Assembly (NCBI RefSeq): GCF_006345805.1
Contig: NC_043004.1
Span: forward strand, 14,012,001 to 14,076,000
Reading direction: 5' to 3'
From: Octopus sinensis
Taxonomy: Eukaryota
DNA length: 64,000 nucleotides
Position numbers and translations under genes: made by a program
Shown: positions 10,846 to 24,640 of the stretch, in pieces
Position numbering within the stretch: the stretch's first letter is position 1
How the letters are laid out: every line of letters begins with the position of its first letter
The notes under the pieces: generated by a model
The model's database searches: none
Seen by the model: the letters and a program-made list of their open reading frames with translations, nothing else
Told to the model about the DNA's origin: nothing

Positions 10846-11406
10846 GCCCTGATGAGGTGCCAGGCAGTGGTTCTCATGGCTTTTGATCTTAATTGATTGA
10901 AAGTGTTATCATGTACATTGTTTTGTCTTGGTATAAAAGAGGGCTACAGCAAATATTCTGCTTAATACCACAGATTTGCTTATCAGTTGTTTGACATGAA
11001 CCAGTTTAGCATGTCCCTTAGTGGCTGACAAAATGTGCATCTTTGATCATTTGATCACCAACAAAATTGGTGGTAGAGCAGCATAACCATGTATTGTGAG
11101 GAATTGTTTGGGGTTTGGATAGTTCACCTTTGGAAACATGGGTGTTTCGTTCATCGTCCGTCAACAACCCCTATTCAAGGACCTTTGGAGCGGGATGGGC
11201 TACTCGAACTGAAGAAAATTTTAACTGACTCACACCTGTAAGGTCATACGCTGCTTGTCTTCTTAAGAGATCACTATGTTGCGCACATATGGTTGTGATG
11301 CATGTCCCTCGTGTACCCTTATCAGACGAGTACTCATGGTGTGTATACTGGGCTTCGTATATTTTACCCCAGTGTAACTTTGATTGGATGCACTGCTCTC
11401 TCACTC
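10844..11406 (+). mobile_element. Family D, full-length, between (AAT)n and (CAA/AAT)n
   Basis: Colinear with the reverse complement of 8183-8720. Confidence 0.8.
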
Positions 11407-11429
11407 AACAACAACAACAACAATAATAA

Positions 11430-12220
11430 TAATAGTAACGCTTAAAAAAGGAAAGAACACTAAAAGGAAACAACATGGCAGGGAAAAAATGTACAGTCAG
11501 TTTGCAAGAGATACGAAAGCAAAAACAGACCGGTGACTATGGATGAGGAGGAGCGACCTGAAGACAGAGAGAGATGCACTTATATGAGCAGCTCAAGAAC
11601 AAGTGCTAAGAACTATGTGAAGTGCAGAATCGACAACACCATTGACAGCGACATATGCAGAATATGTGGGGAGAGGGGTGGAACGGTATTGAAGACTTTT
11701 AGCGAATGTCCAAAGTTGCCACAACGCAAATACAAAAGACGACATGATAATGTGACAAGAATGATCCATTGAGAACTCTGTGGAAATCACGGCTTACAAA
11801 GAGCAAGGACATGGTATGAACAAACCCCAGAATGGGTCACCGAGAATGGAAAATCCTGTGGGATGCAAAAATCCTGTGGGATTCAGAGCGAACATCTGAC
11901 CAGACATCAGAAACCGGTGGAATAAAAAAAGAGAGAACATGGGTGATAATCGATATAGCATGTCCCGGTAACAATAGGATCAAAGAAAGAAGACAAACTG
12001 TGCAACTATAATGATTTGAAGTGGGAAATACGAAGATTATAATCAATGAGGAGAGTTGATGTAGTACCAATTGTACTTGGTACTTCGTACACTTGGAAGT
12101 ATCAGCACTCAACTGCCAACATGGCTCAAAAAGATTTGTAGAAGTATAAAGGTGGAACGCCTACAAAAATCCGTATTGCTTGGAACTGCAAGAATTGTTC
12201 TCAGCGTTCTTGAAGCATGA
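11430..12220 (+). pseudogene. Older R4/Dong-like LINE 3' fragment (CCHC plus RLE)
   Basis: With frameshifts: WQGKKMY, AAQEQVL(R)TNYVK, CRICGE..SECPKL..YKRRHDNV..IHW, IIDIACPG, DLKWEIRRL, VVPIVLG, LQKSVLLGTARI. Confidence 0.85.
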
Positions 12221-13264
12221 CCAGTAAACGCGTGTCATCTTAGTCTGCTGACGGTGGACAGATGATACTTTCCATCATACCGAGCAAAATAAGCTGTGGG
12301 TTTTTATGAAACAATAACAATAACAACAACTGCATCAGCAGCAGCAGCAATAACAGCCACGACAAACACAACCAAAATAACACCTCAGAGATAGGAAGGG
12401 TCTGTTATTTACAGTTAAGTTGTCTGGTGATCGATATTACTTGAATACGAGTTTTCGATCACTTTGTTTCGTCTTGAGCATCAGGCAACTTACCCATCTG
12501 CGTTCGTATACGATATATACAGCGATAAGAAATAACGGAAAAACTTTTGAGTGAAGTTTTGCAGAAGTTAGATGTTTAGTAATATCAATTGGAGAAAAAA
12601 GAATTTACTGTAATGAAAGTGTATACTTTTTATTTTTAATTTATCATTAAAAAAAAAAATAATAATCTAGAGCATATACACTCAGTGTCCTCATCATTAT
12701 TGTTTTATTTGTTTTAGTTGTTGATGTATGGGGTCTCCACCTCTCGGGCGTTTATAATCGAGCAGACCAGTGATCAAAGGAATTCTTGCTGTGATAAATC
12801 TGTCTTTTATCAGACACTGTGCATCTAGAAATTATATTATCTAAAATATTTAAAAAAAAAACGCAACAAAGATGGAGACGACGGGTGAGTGTGACAGGGG
12901 GGACTATGGGCGTTACATCTAGCAGGTGTAGCGATTAAGATACTATGGTATTTAAGCTTCAAAGAAGCGTTTTCGACATAATTGTTAACCACATTCGACA
13001 CAACATAGGTGAAATAATATTTCTTGGTGCACCTGGATGAACAGAAATTTATCATTATGATAAACCTCTTGCCGACTGAAGAAAACACACTGGAAAATTG
13101 TAATGGTTAGATCATTACATGACGTAGAATAGGAATGGATGGTGTAATACTGAAAAAAAGGAAAAAAAATGAGAAAAAAAGTAACTAGTTTCCAGCTAAA
13201 GTGTTTCAAACCAATACGAACAAGCATGAACATGTATAGTTACATATCATAAAAGTAGCGTAGT

Positions 13265-13605
13265 GTAGATGTTGGTACGTAGCAGAGTGATGATGATGAG
13301 GATGATGATGGTGGGTGATAATGATGATGACGACGGTGATGGAGTTTGTGATCATGGCAAGTAGGAAAATGATGACGATGACGATGATAATGATAGTGAT
13401 GATAATGATGATGATGGGGTAAGTAGGACAGTGATGATGATGATGATGATGATGATGCTGTAAATGATGATGATGATGATGGTGATGATGAAGGGATAAG
13501 TAGGACAGTGATGATGATGATGATGATGATGAAGACGACGACGATGAAGATCATGATGATGATGATTATGATGACGGTGATGATTATGATGATGATGATA
13601 GTGGA
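13265..13605. repeat. Degenerate (GAT)n array with a repeated aagtagga(c/a)a spacer
   Basis: Direct inspection. The spacer recurs at about 13359, 13421 and 13498. Confidence 0.85.
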
Positions 13606-14003
13606 CAAGGCAAATTTTTTTTTTCCGATGATGAAGACCGATGTTTATCGTAATCTTGCTTTGAAGTGCTAAATTAGACCAACAATGCAGAACGTTCATC
13701 ATCGACATTCATCCTTATTCTCTAACGTATCGCAATATTCATAAACAAAAAATAGACTAAAAAAATTCGGTGGACAGCCTTGTATCAAATAAGATTCAGT
13801 ACAATATATTACGGTTTGCAATTAGATTCAGTAATGACAGTATAGGAGGATCAACTAAAATAATGCTTCACTCAATAATTAGTTACAGCGAAGAAAATAT
13901 GTTGACAGCCTTCCAGAATATGGAGCAAATGTTTTTTTTTATAATGGGGTTTGTAACGAAAACAAGGTAACCAGATTTACGAAGAGGTATTAATAGCGCA
14001 GAC

Positions 14004-14071
<68 letters not shown>

Positions 14072-14163
14072 CATATATATATACATATATGCATACACAT
14101 ACATACACACACACATATATCTATACACACATATCCGTCCGCTCGCTCTTATATACACGCAGA

Positions 14164-14195
<32 letters not shown>

Positions 14196-14202
14196 CATAC
14201 AC

Positions 14203-14247
<45 letters not shown>

Positions 14248-14650
14248 TATATATATATGTATATATGTATATATGTCTATGTATATATGTGTATGCGTAT
14301 GTGTGTGTGTGTGTGTGTATGTAATGTTGATACATAATACAAATTTCATAAGAGATGGATGTAATGTTTTATATAAACAAATATGCACCGATACCGCTTA
14401 TGTGTATCAGCACATGTATGTTTGCGTTTGTGTGTATTCAGGTGTGTAGTATATGTGCATCTGTGCGTTCGTGCGTGCGTGCACACGCGTGTATAGTATA
14501 GAAATGGATAGATATACACAACATAATCGATAAATTTCAGCCGAAAGCAATTGGAAATTTGAAACATGTCCAATTCCGAACCTAACGGAAAAATCTATTA
14601 CACACCCCAACACACAGCTGTACACCCACGGTAACACACATACACACGCA

Positions 14651-14696
<46 letters not shown>

Positions 14697-15041
14697 ATAT
14701 ACATATACATATATGCATGCGTATATGTCTATTTAGATGCGTTCATATAGAGGCATATACATTGCTTGTTGGACATGTATCAAATTTTCAATTAATTCAG
14801 GCGGAATTAACATACACACATCCAGGCAGACAAATACGCGCACAAACAGACACACACACTCACATACGTATGCATGTGTGTGTGTATACATATAAATATA
14901 TAGAAAAGTACATATATATATATATATATATAAGCACATATATATGTATGTATATATACATATACGTATATACACATATATACATATATAGATAAATACA
15001 TATATATAGACATATAAACACACACACATATATATATATCG

Positions 15042-15079
<38 letters not shown>

Positions 15080-15084
15080 CGTGT

Positions 15085-15460
15085 GGGTACGTGCGTGGTA
15101 AGAAACTTGCTTCATTCCTAACTATATGATTCCGGGTTCAGTCCCCTAGTGTTACACCTTCAACAAGTAAGTTCTACAATAGCCCCTCCCCGAAGAATGC
15201 CTTGTGAGTGGATTTGGACGACGGAAACTAAAAGAAGAAGAATATGTATGTATTTGCGTGTCTGTGTTTGTCCCCCCTCCCATCATCGCTTGACAGCTGA
15301 TGTTGGTATGTTTACGTCCCCGTAACGTAGCGGTTCGGCAAAAGAAGCCAACAGGATACGTGCTAGGCTTTCAAAGAATAAGCCTGGGGTCGATTTGTTC
15401 GACTAAATGTGGTAATCCAGCATGGCCAAAGCCATATGAGTGATACAAGTAAAAGAATAA
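15085..15460 (+). mobile_element. SINE family A
   Basis: Same head, body and tail blocks as 3771-4200. Confidence 0.75.
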
Positions 15461-15499
15461 ACGAATGAAAAAATTTGGGTATTGATGTAAAAGTATACA

Positions 15500-15537
<38 letters not shown>

Positions 15538-15675
15538 CATATATATCTGTATATATATACATATATATATACATATATACATATATATATCTACACATAC
15601 ATACATATATATATATATAATATATATATATATAATATATATATATATACACATACATATATATATATATATGTA

Positions 15676-15930
15676 TGTGTACAAAAAGTAAAAATTGAAA
15701 AAAAAAGAGTCAAAAAGAAGAGTAAGTACTTTTGAGCAGTTCTTTAATTGTTACAAATGTTTCGATACATACGCATCCTCGTATATGCAGGATTTAGAGT
15801 TAAGTTTAAATTAAATCATTTAAGTATTTACCTGTATAAGAATATCTATATCGAAACATTTGTAACAATTAAAGAACTGCCTCACCATACTTACTCTTCC
15901 TTTTGACTCTTTCACTTTTTATTTTCACAC
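15676..15930. mobile_element. Foldback/MITE-like element, imperfect TIRs of about 90 bp
   Basis: Perfect 32-bp core gcagttctttaattgttacaaatgtttcgata (15736-15767) and its reverse complement (15849-15880). Pairing extends outward through aagagtaagta/tacttactctt and gagtcaaaa/ttttgactc. Confidence 0.7.
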
Positions 15931-16070
15931 ACGAGGAATACCTAAGACTAGAATTGGTAGCATACTATAAGAATACTACCGGCTATTTGAGAATTCTAAG
16001 GGTGAAGAACGAGCTGCATTTGTACTCATATACTTTCTTAACAGAACATACCTCAACTGACTATGTATGG

Positions 16071-16101
<31 letters not shown>

Positions 16102-16489
16102 ATATATGTATATATATATATGTGTGTGTATGTATATGTGTATATATATATATATGTATGTGTATCTATATATATATATGTGCATGTGTATCTCTATATA
16201 TATATACATATATACATACGTACATACACACACAAATGCACACACACATACACACAATCCCCTTCGTAGTCCCAGTAATTCGTATTTGCGCTAGGCTACT
16301 GCGCATAAAAGATCAAGCCGACATGACAAGATCAGGCCGGAGACTTACCTGTGAAAAGGGAAAAGCACAGTAAATTGGCCATAAACATCTGAATTATCTT
16401 CCTCGTAAGCATATAGCATTCGTAAACCTCTTCTGTCGACTGATCGCTTGACATCTGTTGTTTTATCGAAGTTGGTGGCTTTCCCTTGC

Positions 16490-17056
16490 TGTTTGGGCGG
16501 CGGTGGTGGTGGTGGTAGTGGTGGTAGTGAATGTGGTGATGGAGGTAGCGGTTGTCGTCGTTGACGATGGAGGTGGTGGTGGTGTTGGTTGTCCTCGTCG
16601 TGGTAGTGATGGTGATGGTGGTGGTCGTGGTAGTAGTGGTGGTAGTGGTGGTAGTGGTTGTCGTCGTCGACGTGGTAATGGTGGTAGTGGTGGAGGTCCT
16701 GCTTGTGGTGGTGGTGGTTGAGGTCGTGGTAGCGGAAGTGGTGGTGGTGGTAGTGGTAGTGGTAGTCGTCGTTGTGATGGTGGTCGCGGTAGTGGTGGTT
16801 GTGGTGGAGAACGTGGCAGTGGTGGTGGTGGTAGTGGCAGTCGTGGTGGTGATGGTAGTCGCGATAGTGGTGGTGATGGTTTTGATGGTGTTGATCGTGT
16901 TATCGGTGGTTTTTGTGGTAGTTGTGGTGGTGGTGGTGGTGGTTGGTAATATTGTCGTTGGTTGTGGTTTGATGGCCGTTCTGGCGTTACTGTTGGTAAC
17001 AATGTTTACCGATATGGGAAGGGAGGATGCTGACGATGACGACGACAATGATGATG

Positions 17057-17087
<31 letters not shown>

Positions 17088-17090
17088 GAT
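16490..17090. repeat. Mosaic (GTG/GTA/GAT)n trinucleotide low-complexity tract
   Basis: Open in several frames (poly-V, poly-T, poly-P) only because the repeat lacks stop codons. Confidence 0.85.
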
Positions 17091-17569
17091 GGGAAATATG
17101 ACGTGACAGGAAATATTAGTGATGGAAGTCATATAACGCCCTGGGATCTATATCATCAGTCAGAGTTTGTTTTTGTTTTCTTTCGCTGGCTCAGACGTGC
17201 GCGCGCGCACACACACACATACACACACACACACACACACACTCATTCGCACGCAAGCATTCACACACGCACACATCCTGCACGCATACTCCGCACACAA
17301 TCTTATCCGGAGTTATGAAGGTTGGTCGTAAACAACGAGGAGCCTAGTAACAGAGTGTCAAACTTACTCTACAGTACCAAACATTATCGTAACCTGTTGT
17401 GTCTTCTGGTGCCCCTTTTTCATGGCACATTTAAATCAACCATTTTTTTTTTTTCGTGGAAAGTCATGATAAAAATTAGTCAAGCTTCAACTGAATAATA
17501 CCCGCATTACATTAAACAAAGTAAGAAGAAATGTATTTTCACACGATAAAAATGTTGCGATGCGCCCAG

Positions 17570-17905
17570 GCTGAGACCCCCTTCGGTCATGACTGACCAT
17601 GGGATAGCACCTAGAAAGTTACTCTCCCAGGCAAAAATCCGGGCAAGGTTGCTTATGGAAGACCAGCAGTCTCCCATGCATACCGGCCTCCCCTCTCCAC
17701 GCCACTGATGTTATCCAAGGGAAAGGTAAAGGCCGATACAACATGGCACCTGTGACGTCGCAACTCATTTCTAAAGCTGAGTGAACTGGAGCAACGTGAA
17801 ATGAGGTGTCTTGCTCAATAAAACAACACGCAGCCCGGTCCGCGATTCGAACTCACAACCTCACGATCGTAAGCTCCACGCTCTTACCACTGAGTCATGC
17901 ACCTT
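17570..17905 (-). mobile_element. tRNA-derived SINE family C
   Basis: Reverse complement of 26702-27008. Head gtgaaggtgcatgactcagtggtaagagcg...ttcgaatc. Confidence 0.8.
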
Positions 17906-17974
17906 CACATATACTGCATATACGCGCCCATATACTGCATATAAGGGCAGAAATGCACAGACAAGTGTACATAT

Positions 17975-18342
17975 ATTCTTTTATTTGTTTCAGTCATTTT
18001 ACTGCGGCCATACTCAAGCACAGCCTTTAGTCGAACAAATCGACTTCAGGATCTATTCTTTGTAAGCCTAGTGCTTATTTCATCAGTTTCTTTTGCCAAG
18101 CCGCTAAGTTACGGGGACGTAAACGCACCACCATCGGTTTTCAAGCATTGGCAGGGTGACAAACACAGTACACAAACATATAAATATATATATATATACG
18201 ACAGGCTTCTTTCTGGTTCTGTCTACCAAATCCACTCACAAGGCTTTGGTCGGCCTGCGGCTATAGTAGAAGACACTTGCCCAAGGTGCCATACAGTGGG
18301 ACTGAACGCGGAACCATGTGGATGGTAAGCAGGCTACTTTAT
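17975..18342 (-). mobile_element. SINE family A
   Basis: gccgctaagttacggggacgtaaac..gacaggcttctttc..gacacttgcccaagg. Confidence 0.8.
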
Positions 18343-18559
18343 TTCATAAAATTTGACATGAAAGCATTTCAAAGAGGGGACGAACAATGACAAAGATAAA
18401 AAGTTATAGTAGCTGCTATAACGTTTAAAAATTTATGATGATAAATTTATGATACAATTTAAAAATTACAAATTACAATTTACATATTACAATTTACAAA
18501 TCACAATTTACTAATTACCAATTACATAATAACATGTTACTCATTGCGATTTGCAATGA

Positions 18560-21500
18560 CATCCCTGAAGGGTAAAGCACAGTGTAGCTTTTGATAGCCT
18601 CTTCCACCACTGGAAGCTGACCCTCATCCGCCACGATGATGGAGTTGTCATCCGCATACACCGTAGCTCATCTTCCACACCATAGATCATGCGCTGCGTC
18701 CCCTAGTGCCTCCAACTTGCGCAGCAATGGCTCGAGAGCCAACACATACAAAAGCGGAGACAGGGGACACCCCTGACGTAGTGTGTGCTCGATCCTGAAT
18801 GGCTTCGAAAGGAAACCATTCACTTTTGCGACAGGACTCGATGTCAGTGTACAACGCAGCAGTCCAACCGCGGAAGGCCGGGCCCTGGCCAGCCTTCTCG
18901 AGGACCGTCGCCAAGTACCAATGGTCGACCCTGTAAAATGGTCTAAATGTACAAGTGCACCCCTGCGCATCTCCTACAGGTCTGTCCACGACCCGCGCCA
19001 ACCTTTTCGCTAGACCTTGGCCAAAATCTTTAACTCTGTGTTCAGAGTTATGGGCCTGAAATTCCCTATTTCATCCCCCTTTCTCGGGTCCTTCCTCATC
19101 AACATCACCACCTCCCGGCTCACAGACTTGGTAATTCTCCCATTTTGCTGTCATTTTGCTCCCGTTCATCGACTTCTCCCCGGGGCATTCTCCCAGTACC
19201 TCGATCACCTCCTCGGCTGTGATTGGCCCTTCACAGCACTCAGTCTCTCGTGCTGAGAGACGCGGGCCGCCAGACAGGAAGTCTCTAAGGGCCTCGCCAT
19301 GATCCAGAGTCCCACTCCTCCCGAACAATTCGGCAAAGTGCTTGTGAAGCGCCTCACACATATCGTCCCGTTCATCGACCGAATACCCATTGTCATCAAC
19401 GAGAGACCTGATTGTGGCATCATTGCCACGCTGGGTTTCTACCGTACGGGCCCATCCGGCAACATTAATTCCTTCACGGCCCAATGTGCGCACTTTAGCC
19501 CGAATTTGGAACCCCTCATGTTTGGCTTTGATGTGACGGTCCAAGGCCGTTCTCGCTGCCAAAAGGTCCTTAATTAGTTGCACTTCTATTCTGGCCTTAT
19601 CTAGTTTTAGCTGGTGTCTAAACCTAATAGTCCCGAAACGAATGGCTCCCTTGAGGGCGAACCACCATCGTTTATTTACCGGAGCGCCGGTTAACGCCCT
19701 CTGTACTAATTCCTTAATCGGGCTACGGTCAAAATAGACTTGTTCAGCTTCCAGTAGCCGAATCCTCTCCTAACTGTATGTCCAGTCTACACTTAACCAT
19801 TCTATGGTCAGTGTAAGCTACTTAGACAAACTGCGGACATCTAAAACTAGACATATCTTTAGTTCTTATGACTATCCTATCTAAGAAAGATTGAGCCTTC
19901 CGTCTCCGCTAATCCAGGCCCACTCCGGGACACTTGAATGGTCAAGCCTGTAGCGATCCGCTAGCTGAAAACGCTTAAGCAGATCTACGAGACGTGAGTT
20001 CACTTTCCTACCGATAGAGCCAACGCTATTGATGCGTGTGTCAACGGTAGTGGTATAGTCTCCTAACACCACTAATGTCATCGATGTCACGAGAAAGTTT
20101 TCTAGGCACCGACAAAAATCAGTTTGAAATTCTCTAGCACAAGGTGCATAGATCCCGATCAACCTGAAGGCCTTACTGCTGTATGTCACATCAAGGACGA
20201 ATAGCCCACCTTCTGGGCCTACATAGACTGTACTTGTCTGCAGAGCCAAGCCATTTCGGACAAGTACTACTACACCCCTCGCTCTCCGGTCTGGCTAGGA
20301 GACATGACTTTCTCACAGCCATTCAGGAGGGGCGAGAGGGTTTGTAGACTGTCCAGCTTGGTCTATGTAGCAACCATTACATGCATATCATGTGATCTGA
20401 GGTCGTCGAGGAAACAAGCTTGCTTCGACTGCGAGCTCAGACCACGCACATTCAAACACCCAAAGTCAAAAACAAGGAAAAAAAGCAAGGGTTCTGCTTA
20501 CCCTTAACTGGTGATGTTAGGGCTCACCTCACAACACGCGAGGCTGAACTTTCCTCCTCCTCCTCCTTCTCCTCCTCCTCCTCCTTCTCATCCTCCTCCT
20601 CCTTTTTCAAATAACCTGGAAGGTCCGGGATACTCCTTATGGTGTTTGGATGCCTGTACTTCAGTTGCCTGTAAAGGGTTTCCTCTGGCTAGGCACATCT
20701 CTCGCTCAAGTCCTTGTTGAAACAGCTTGGTGGTGTGGTGTCCCCGTACAATCTCCTGAATATACTTGTCTCTGGTATCATATTTTACCAGCGTTTTCGT
20801 TTCGTTATCGTTTCTTCCCCGTTTTTCCTTCTGGGAAAATGGGGTGGGGTCATTTTTTTTATTTGTGGTGTGATGCTTTCGTTTTCTTTTTGTTTTGTGG
20901 GGAATATGGATGGGGAAGTTGCATGTGTTCGTTACCGAACTACCATGAATTCCCCCTCGACCAGCTCCATGGTATCATCCGGAGGGTTTAGATGTTCTGG
21001 TGCCGCTTTAGAGGGGGTAGGTGTGTTTGGTGTTGTCGGGACTGGTGTGTGCATGGACTGGAAGTTTGGATATAGTGTTTGGGGGCGGGCGCCACAGATG
21101 GGGGAATTGGAATTCTTGTTTATGTGGGGGCATATGCGTGTGCTGGTTTGGGGTATTTTTTGTAATTGAGGGGCCTGGTGTCTGCGCAAATTTTTTCTTC
21201 CATTGTTCACAGCCTATACCAATGTGGTTCTTTGCCACATTCCTAGCACGTGGGAATTTTGTCCTCTACTTGTACTTAAGGACAATATCCTCACCCGAGC
21301 GCACCCTTTCTGGAAGCATTTCTGGAAGAATAATGGCAGAAATGAACTGCCCGAGTCAATTGTGTGGGACAGAGCATGTTATCTGAAGGAAGTCAATTTT
21401 ATCCGCCCTGTTATACAATAGGGCGGCCATTACCTCCATTGCCTCAATTTCAGGTGATACCTCTGTCACCCTTACACGAGCGGTTCGTCTCCCCATGTAG

Positions 21501-21850
21501 GTTGGCAGAAGCACCACCTTCTTCGTTTTCAAGGGGCTCGCTGAGTACTCTTGGGCTTTTTCATCGGTTCCAAATTTGACTTCTATTGTGCCATATGTCC
21601 GGCCCCTCGCTATGTACTTTACGTCTTTCCTTATGCGGGGCCAGGCAGTTTTTCAATCTTACACTGTTCAAAGTGTTTAAATTTCCTTGTTGACGGGAAG
21701 TTCGTTTTGAAAACGAATGTTCTTTTCAATTTGGATACATACATACATGCAGTTACTCTATCCAGATTACAAGGTCAAGTTTATACCTGTAATTATTGGA
21801 TTCCTGGGATATGTAACACATTCCCTAAATACCAATCTTGAGAAATTAGA
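18560..21850 (-). mobile_element. Decayed L1/Tx1-clade LINE: ORF1 (about 21830-20520), APE endonuclease (about 20475-19800), linker and RT to just past YADD
   Basis: ORF1: GTIEVKF..PLKTKKVVLLPTYMGRR..VRV and a frameshifted CxxC..H....C knuckle. EN: LGCLNVRGL, T*TK, GVVVLVR, FRLIGIYAP, LVVLGDY, DHRM, GYWKLNKS. RT: DRVDH, RQGCPLSPLLYVLALEPLL, VYADD. The C-terminal RT/zinc-finger region is absent. Confidence 0.9.
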
Positions 21851-22449
21851 ATTCTAAAAACGGGAAAGGAGAAACTAATTCGAAGACTACAGATCTAATC
21901 CACCACTGGAACTGTAAAAATCTGTAAAACTTTCCAGAAGTTTATCATTTAAATATATATGAGCATGTCTAGATATGCAACTACATGCAGGAAATTACAT
22001 GCATAAAGCAAAACATTCAAATCTGCACATATACATAGAAACATGCTTACATACATACATTCTTACATATATACAGACAAAAATACCTCGTTGTTGTTGT
22101 TGAAATTCTAATGAAGGCGCCTTGAATCTAGGTTAGAAAACGGTCCTTTCTCTATTGGCAAGAAATCTTGAAATAAACTGGACAATTTCAGACAGATAAG
22201 TAGACAGACAAACGCGCATATACACATACAGACAAACACATGCACATACATGTGTCACATAGGGTTCATGTAGGAAATGAATTCTTTACATCTGTTGGTA
22301 TAGTTTGAAGTGCACTGAAGGGTGGAACAGAATGCATGCACACGTGTTAGGTGCAGGCCAGTCGCATCACCATTCAAAAAAATCGTTAGCGCATCTGTGT
22401 GTTACTGCGTACACACATATTCACCTCTCTCTTTCTGTCTGTCTGTCTC

Positions 22450-22546
<97 letters not shown>

Positions 22547-22625
22547 GTGTTGTGTGTGTGTGTGTGTGGTGTGTGTGTGTGTGTGTGTGCGTGCGTGTGT
22601 GTGTGAGTTTATATATTTATATATG

Positions 22626-22832
22626 CACGAGCTGGCAGAATCATTAGCACGCCGGACGAAATGCTTAGCATTATTGCATCTGTCCACATGTCCTGAGTTC
22701 AAATGCCACCGGGATCGACTTTGCCTTTCATCGTTTCGGGATCGATAAACTAAGTATCCACTTACCACTGAGGTCGATGTAATCGACTCATCTCCTCCCC
22801 ACAAATTTCAGGCCTTGTGCCTATAGTAGAAA
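22626..22832 (+). mobile_element. tRNA-derived SINE family B
   Basis: gagctggcagaatcattagcacgccgg...gagttcaaat...gactttgcctttcatc...tcgatgtaatcgact. Confidence 0.8.
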
Positions 22833-23159
22833 GGATATATTTATATATGTAGTTATACATAATTTGCTTTACCACATACCGAAGTTTTAAAGTAGAAGAA
22901 ATAGCTAAGGTTTTTTGGCTGCTATTTCTAAACTTCGGTATGTGGTACAGCAAATCTTTGCTGAACCCTAATTATAAACTATTACTTAAGTTTACCGTGA
23001 ACTTGTCTTTTTTCATGCCGAATTCTACTTGGTGGAATTATTGATTACTTCTTAATTAATTTATTTTACCCTTTGTTATTATGTACATATACATATTTAT
23101 GTACATATAGGTATTTATACACACCACATAAACACACACACACATTCTTTTATTCTTTT

Positions 23160-23375
23160 ATTGTGTTATTTGTTCCAGTCATTTGATTGCAGCCATGCTC
23201 GAGCACCGCGTTTGGTCGAAAAACTAGACCCCAAGACGTATTATTTGTAAGCCCAGTACTTATTCTGTCAATGGTAATTTGCCGAACCACTAAGTTACGG
23301 GCACGAAAACACACCAGCATCGGTTGTCAAGAGATTCTGGGGAGACAAACACTGACACAAAAGCGTACACACGCG

Positions 23376-23385
<10 letters not shown>
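23160..23385 (-). mobile_element. SINE family A, 3' half
   Basis: cagtcatttgattgcagccatgc...aagttacggg..aaacacaccagcatcgg. Confidence 0.7.
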
Positions 23386-23429
<44 letters not shown>

Positions 23430-23430
<1 letters not shown>

Positions 23431-23615
23431 GTGGCGGTGGAACATAAAAAAAGCATCCAGTACACTCTGTAAAGTGGCTAGGGTTTGAAAAGGGCATCAT
23501 CGATCCGTAGAAGCCATGCCATAACAGACAACTGGACGGCTCCCCAGTTGCTTACTCCTATCAAACCGTCCAACCCATGCTAGATATATAAAAAAAAACG
23601 GACGTTAAATGTTGA
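23430..23615 (+). repeat. Interspersed repeat fragment (aagggcatc..cgtagaa..aaccgtccaacccatgc type)
   Basis: Resembles SINE/RTE-associated core sequence. Single copy here; recognition only. Confidence 0.35.
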
Positions 23616-23664
23616 TGAAAATACACATACATACACACACACACACGCATATATATATATATAT

Positions 23665-23695
<31 letters not shown>

Positions 23696-23760
23696 TATAT
23701 ATATAGATATATATACACACACATATATATATATAAATATGTATATATATGTGCATATGT

Positions 23761-23803
<43 letters not shown>

Positions 23804-23994
23804 GTACATATATATGTACATATATATGTGTGAGTGTATATATATATGAATATATATGTGTATATGTATATAGATGTATATATATATGAGTATATATATA
23901 TATATATATGTATGTCTTTATATATATATGTATATATATGTCTATATATATGTATATATATATATGTACATATATATACATATGTATCTATCTA

Positions 23995-24055
<61 letters not shown>

Positions 24056-24333
24056 GGAATTATAGTGATATAACATACATACGTATTATATACATAATGT
24101 ATATTCATAGATAATGCACGTGCATGATATAAACATGCATACATACCATAGTGAATTGTACACGCGCGTATATGGAGGGGTATGATGGTGGGCATCTACC
24201 ATGTCTTACAGTTTGTGTCAAATTGAAAACAGTTTGGGTTGAGTCACCCAACATTTATTGATTCATTTTCATTTGCGTAGAATTAATACTACTACTGCTA
24301 CTACTACTACTACTACTGCTGCTTCTGCTGCTG

Positions 24334-24366
<33 letters not shown>

Positions 24367-24387
24367 ATAATAATAATAATAATAATG

Positions 24388-24423
<36 letters not shown>

Positions 24424-24584
24424 GTCATGTGCTGTTTATCTTGATATGAGATCACCATGTCGCGCACATATGGTTGTGATGCATGTGCCTGGTGTACCCT
24501 TATCAGACTGGTAGTCATGATGGGTATATTGGGCTTCGTATATTTTACCCCAGTGTCACTTTGATGGCATGAACTGCTCTCTCA

Positions 24585-24587
<3 letters not shown>
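24424..24587 (+). mobile_element. Family D, 5'-truncated, with (AAT)n on both sides
   Basis: gtcatgtgctgtttatcttg...ctgctctctcactg, between two AAT arrays. Confidence 0.8.

Positions 24588-24640
<53 letters not shown>

Noticed and set aside
10849-10875. CTGATGA in family D as a hammerhead core
   Set aside because: No downstream GAAA or stem III.
16332-17132. 266-aa Thr-rich mucin-like ORF (and overlapping poly-V and poly-P ORFs)
   Set aside because: Open in several frames on both strands because of trinucleotide repeats. No signal peptide, splice sites or non-repetitive domain. Cannot be fully excluded without RNA data.
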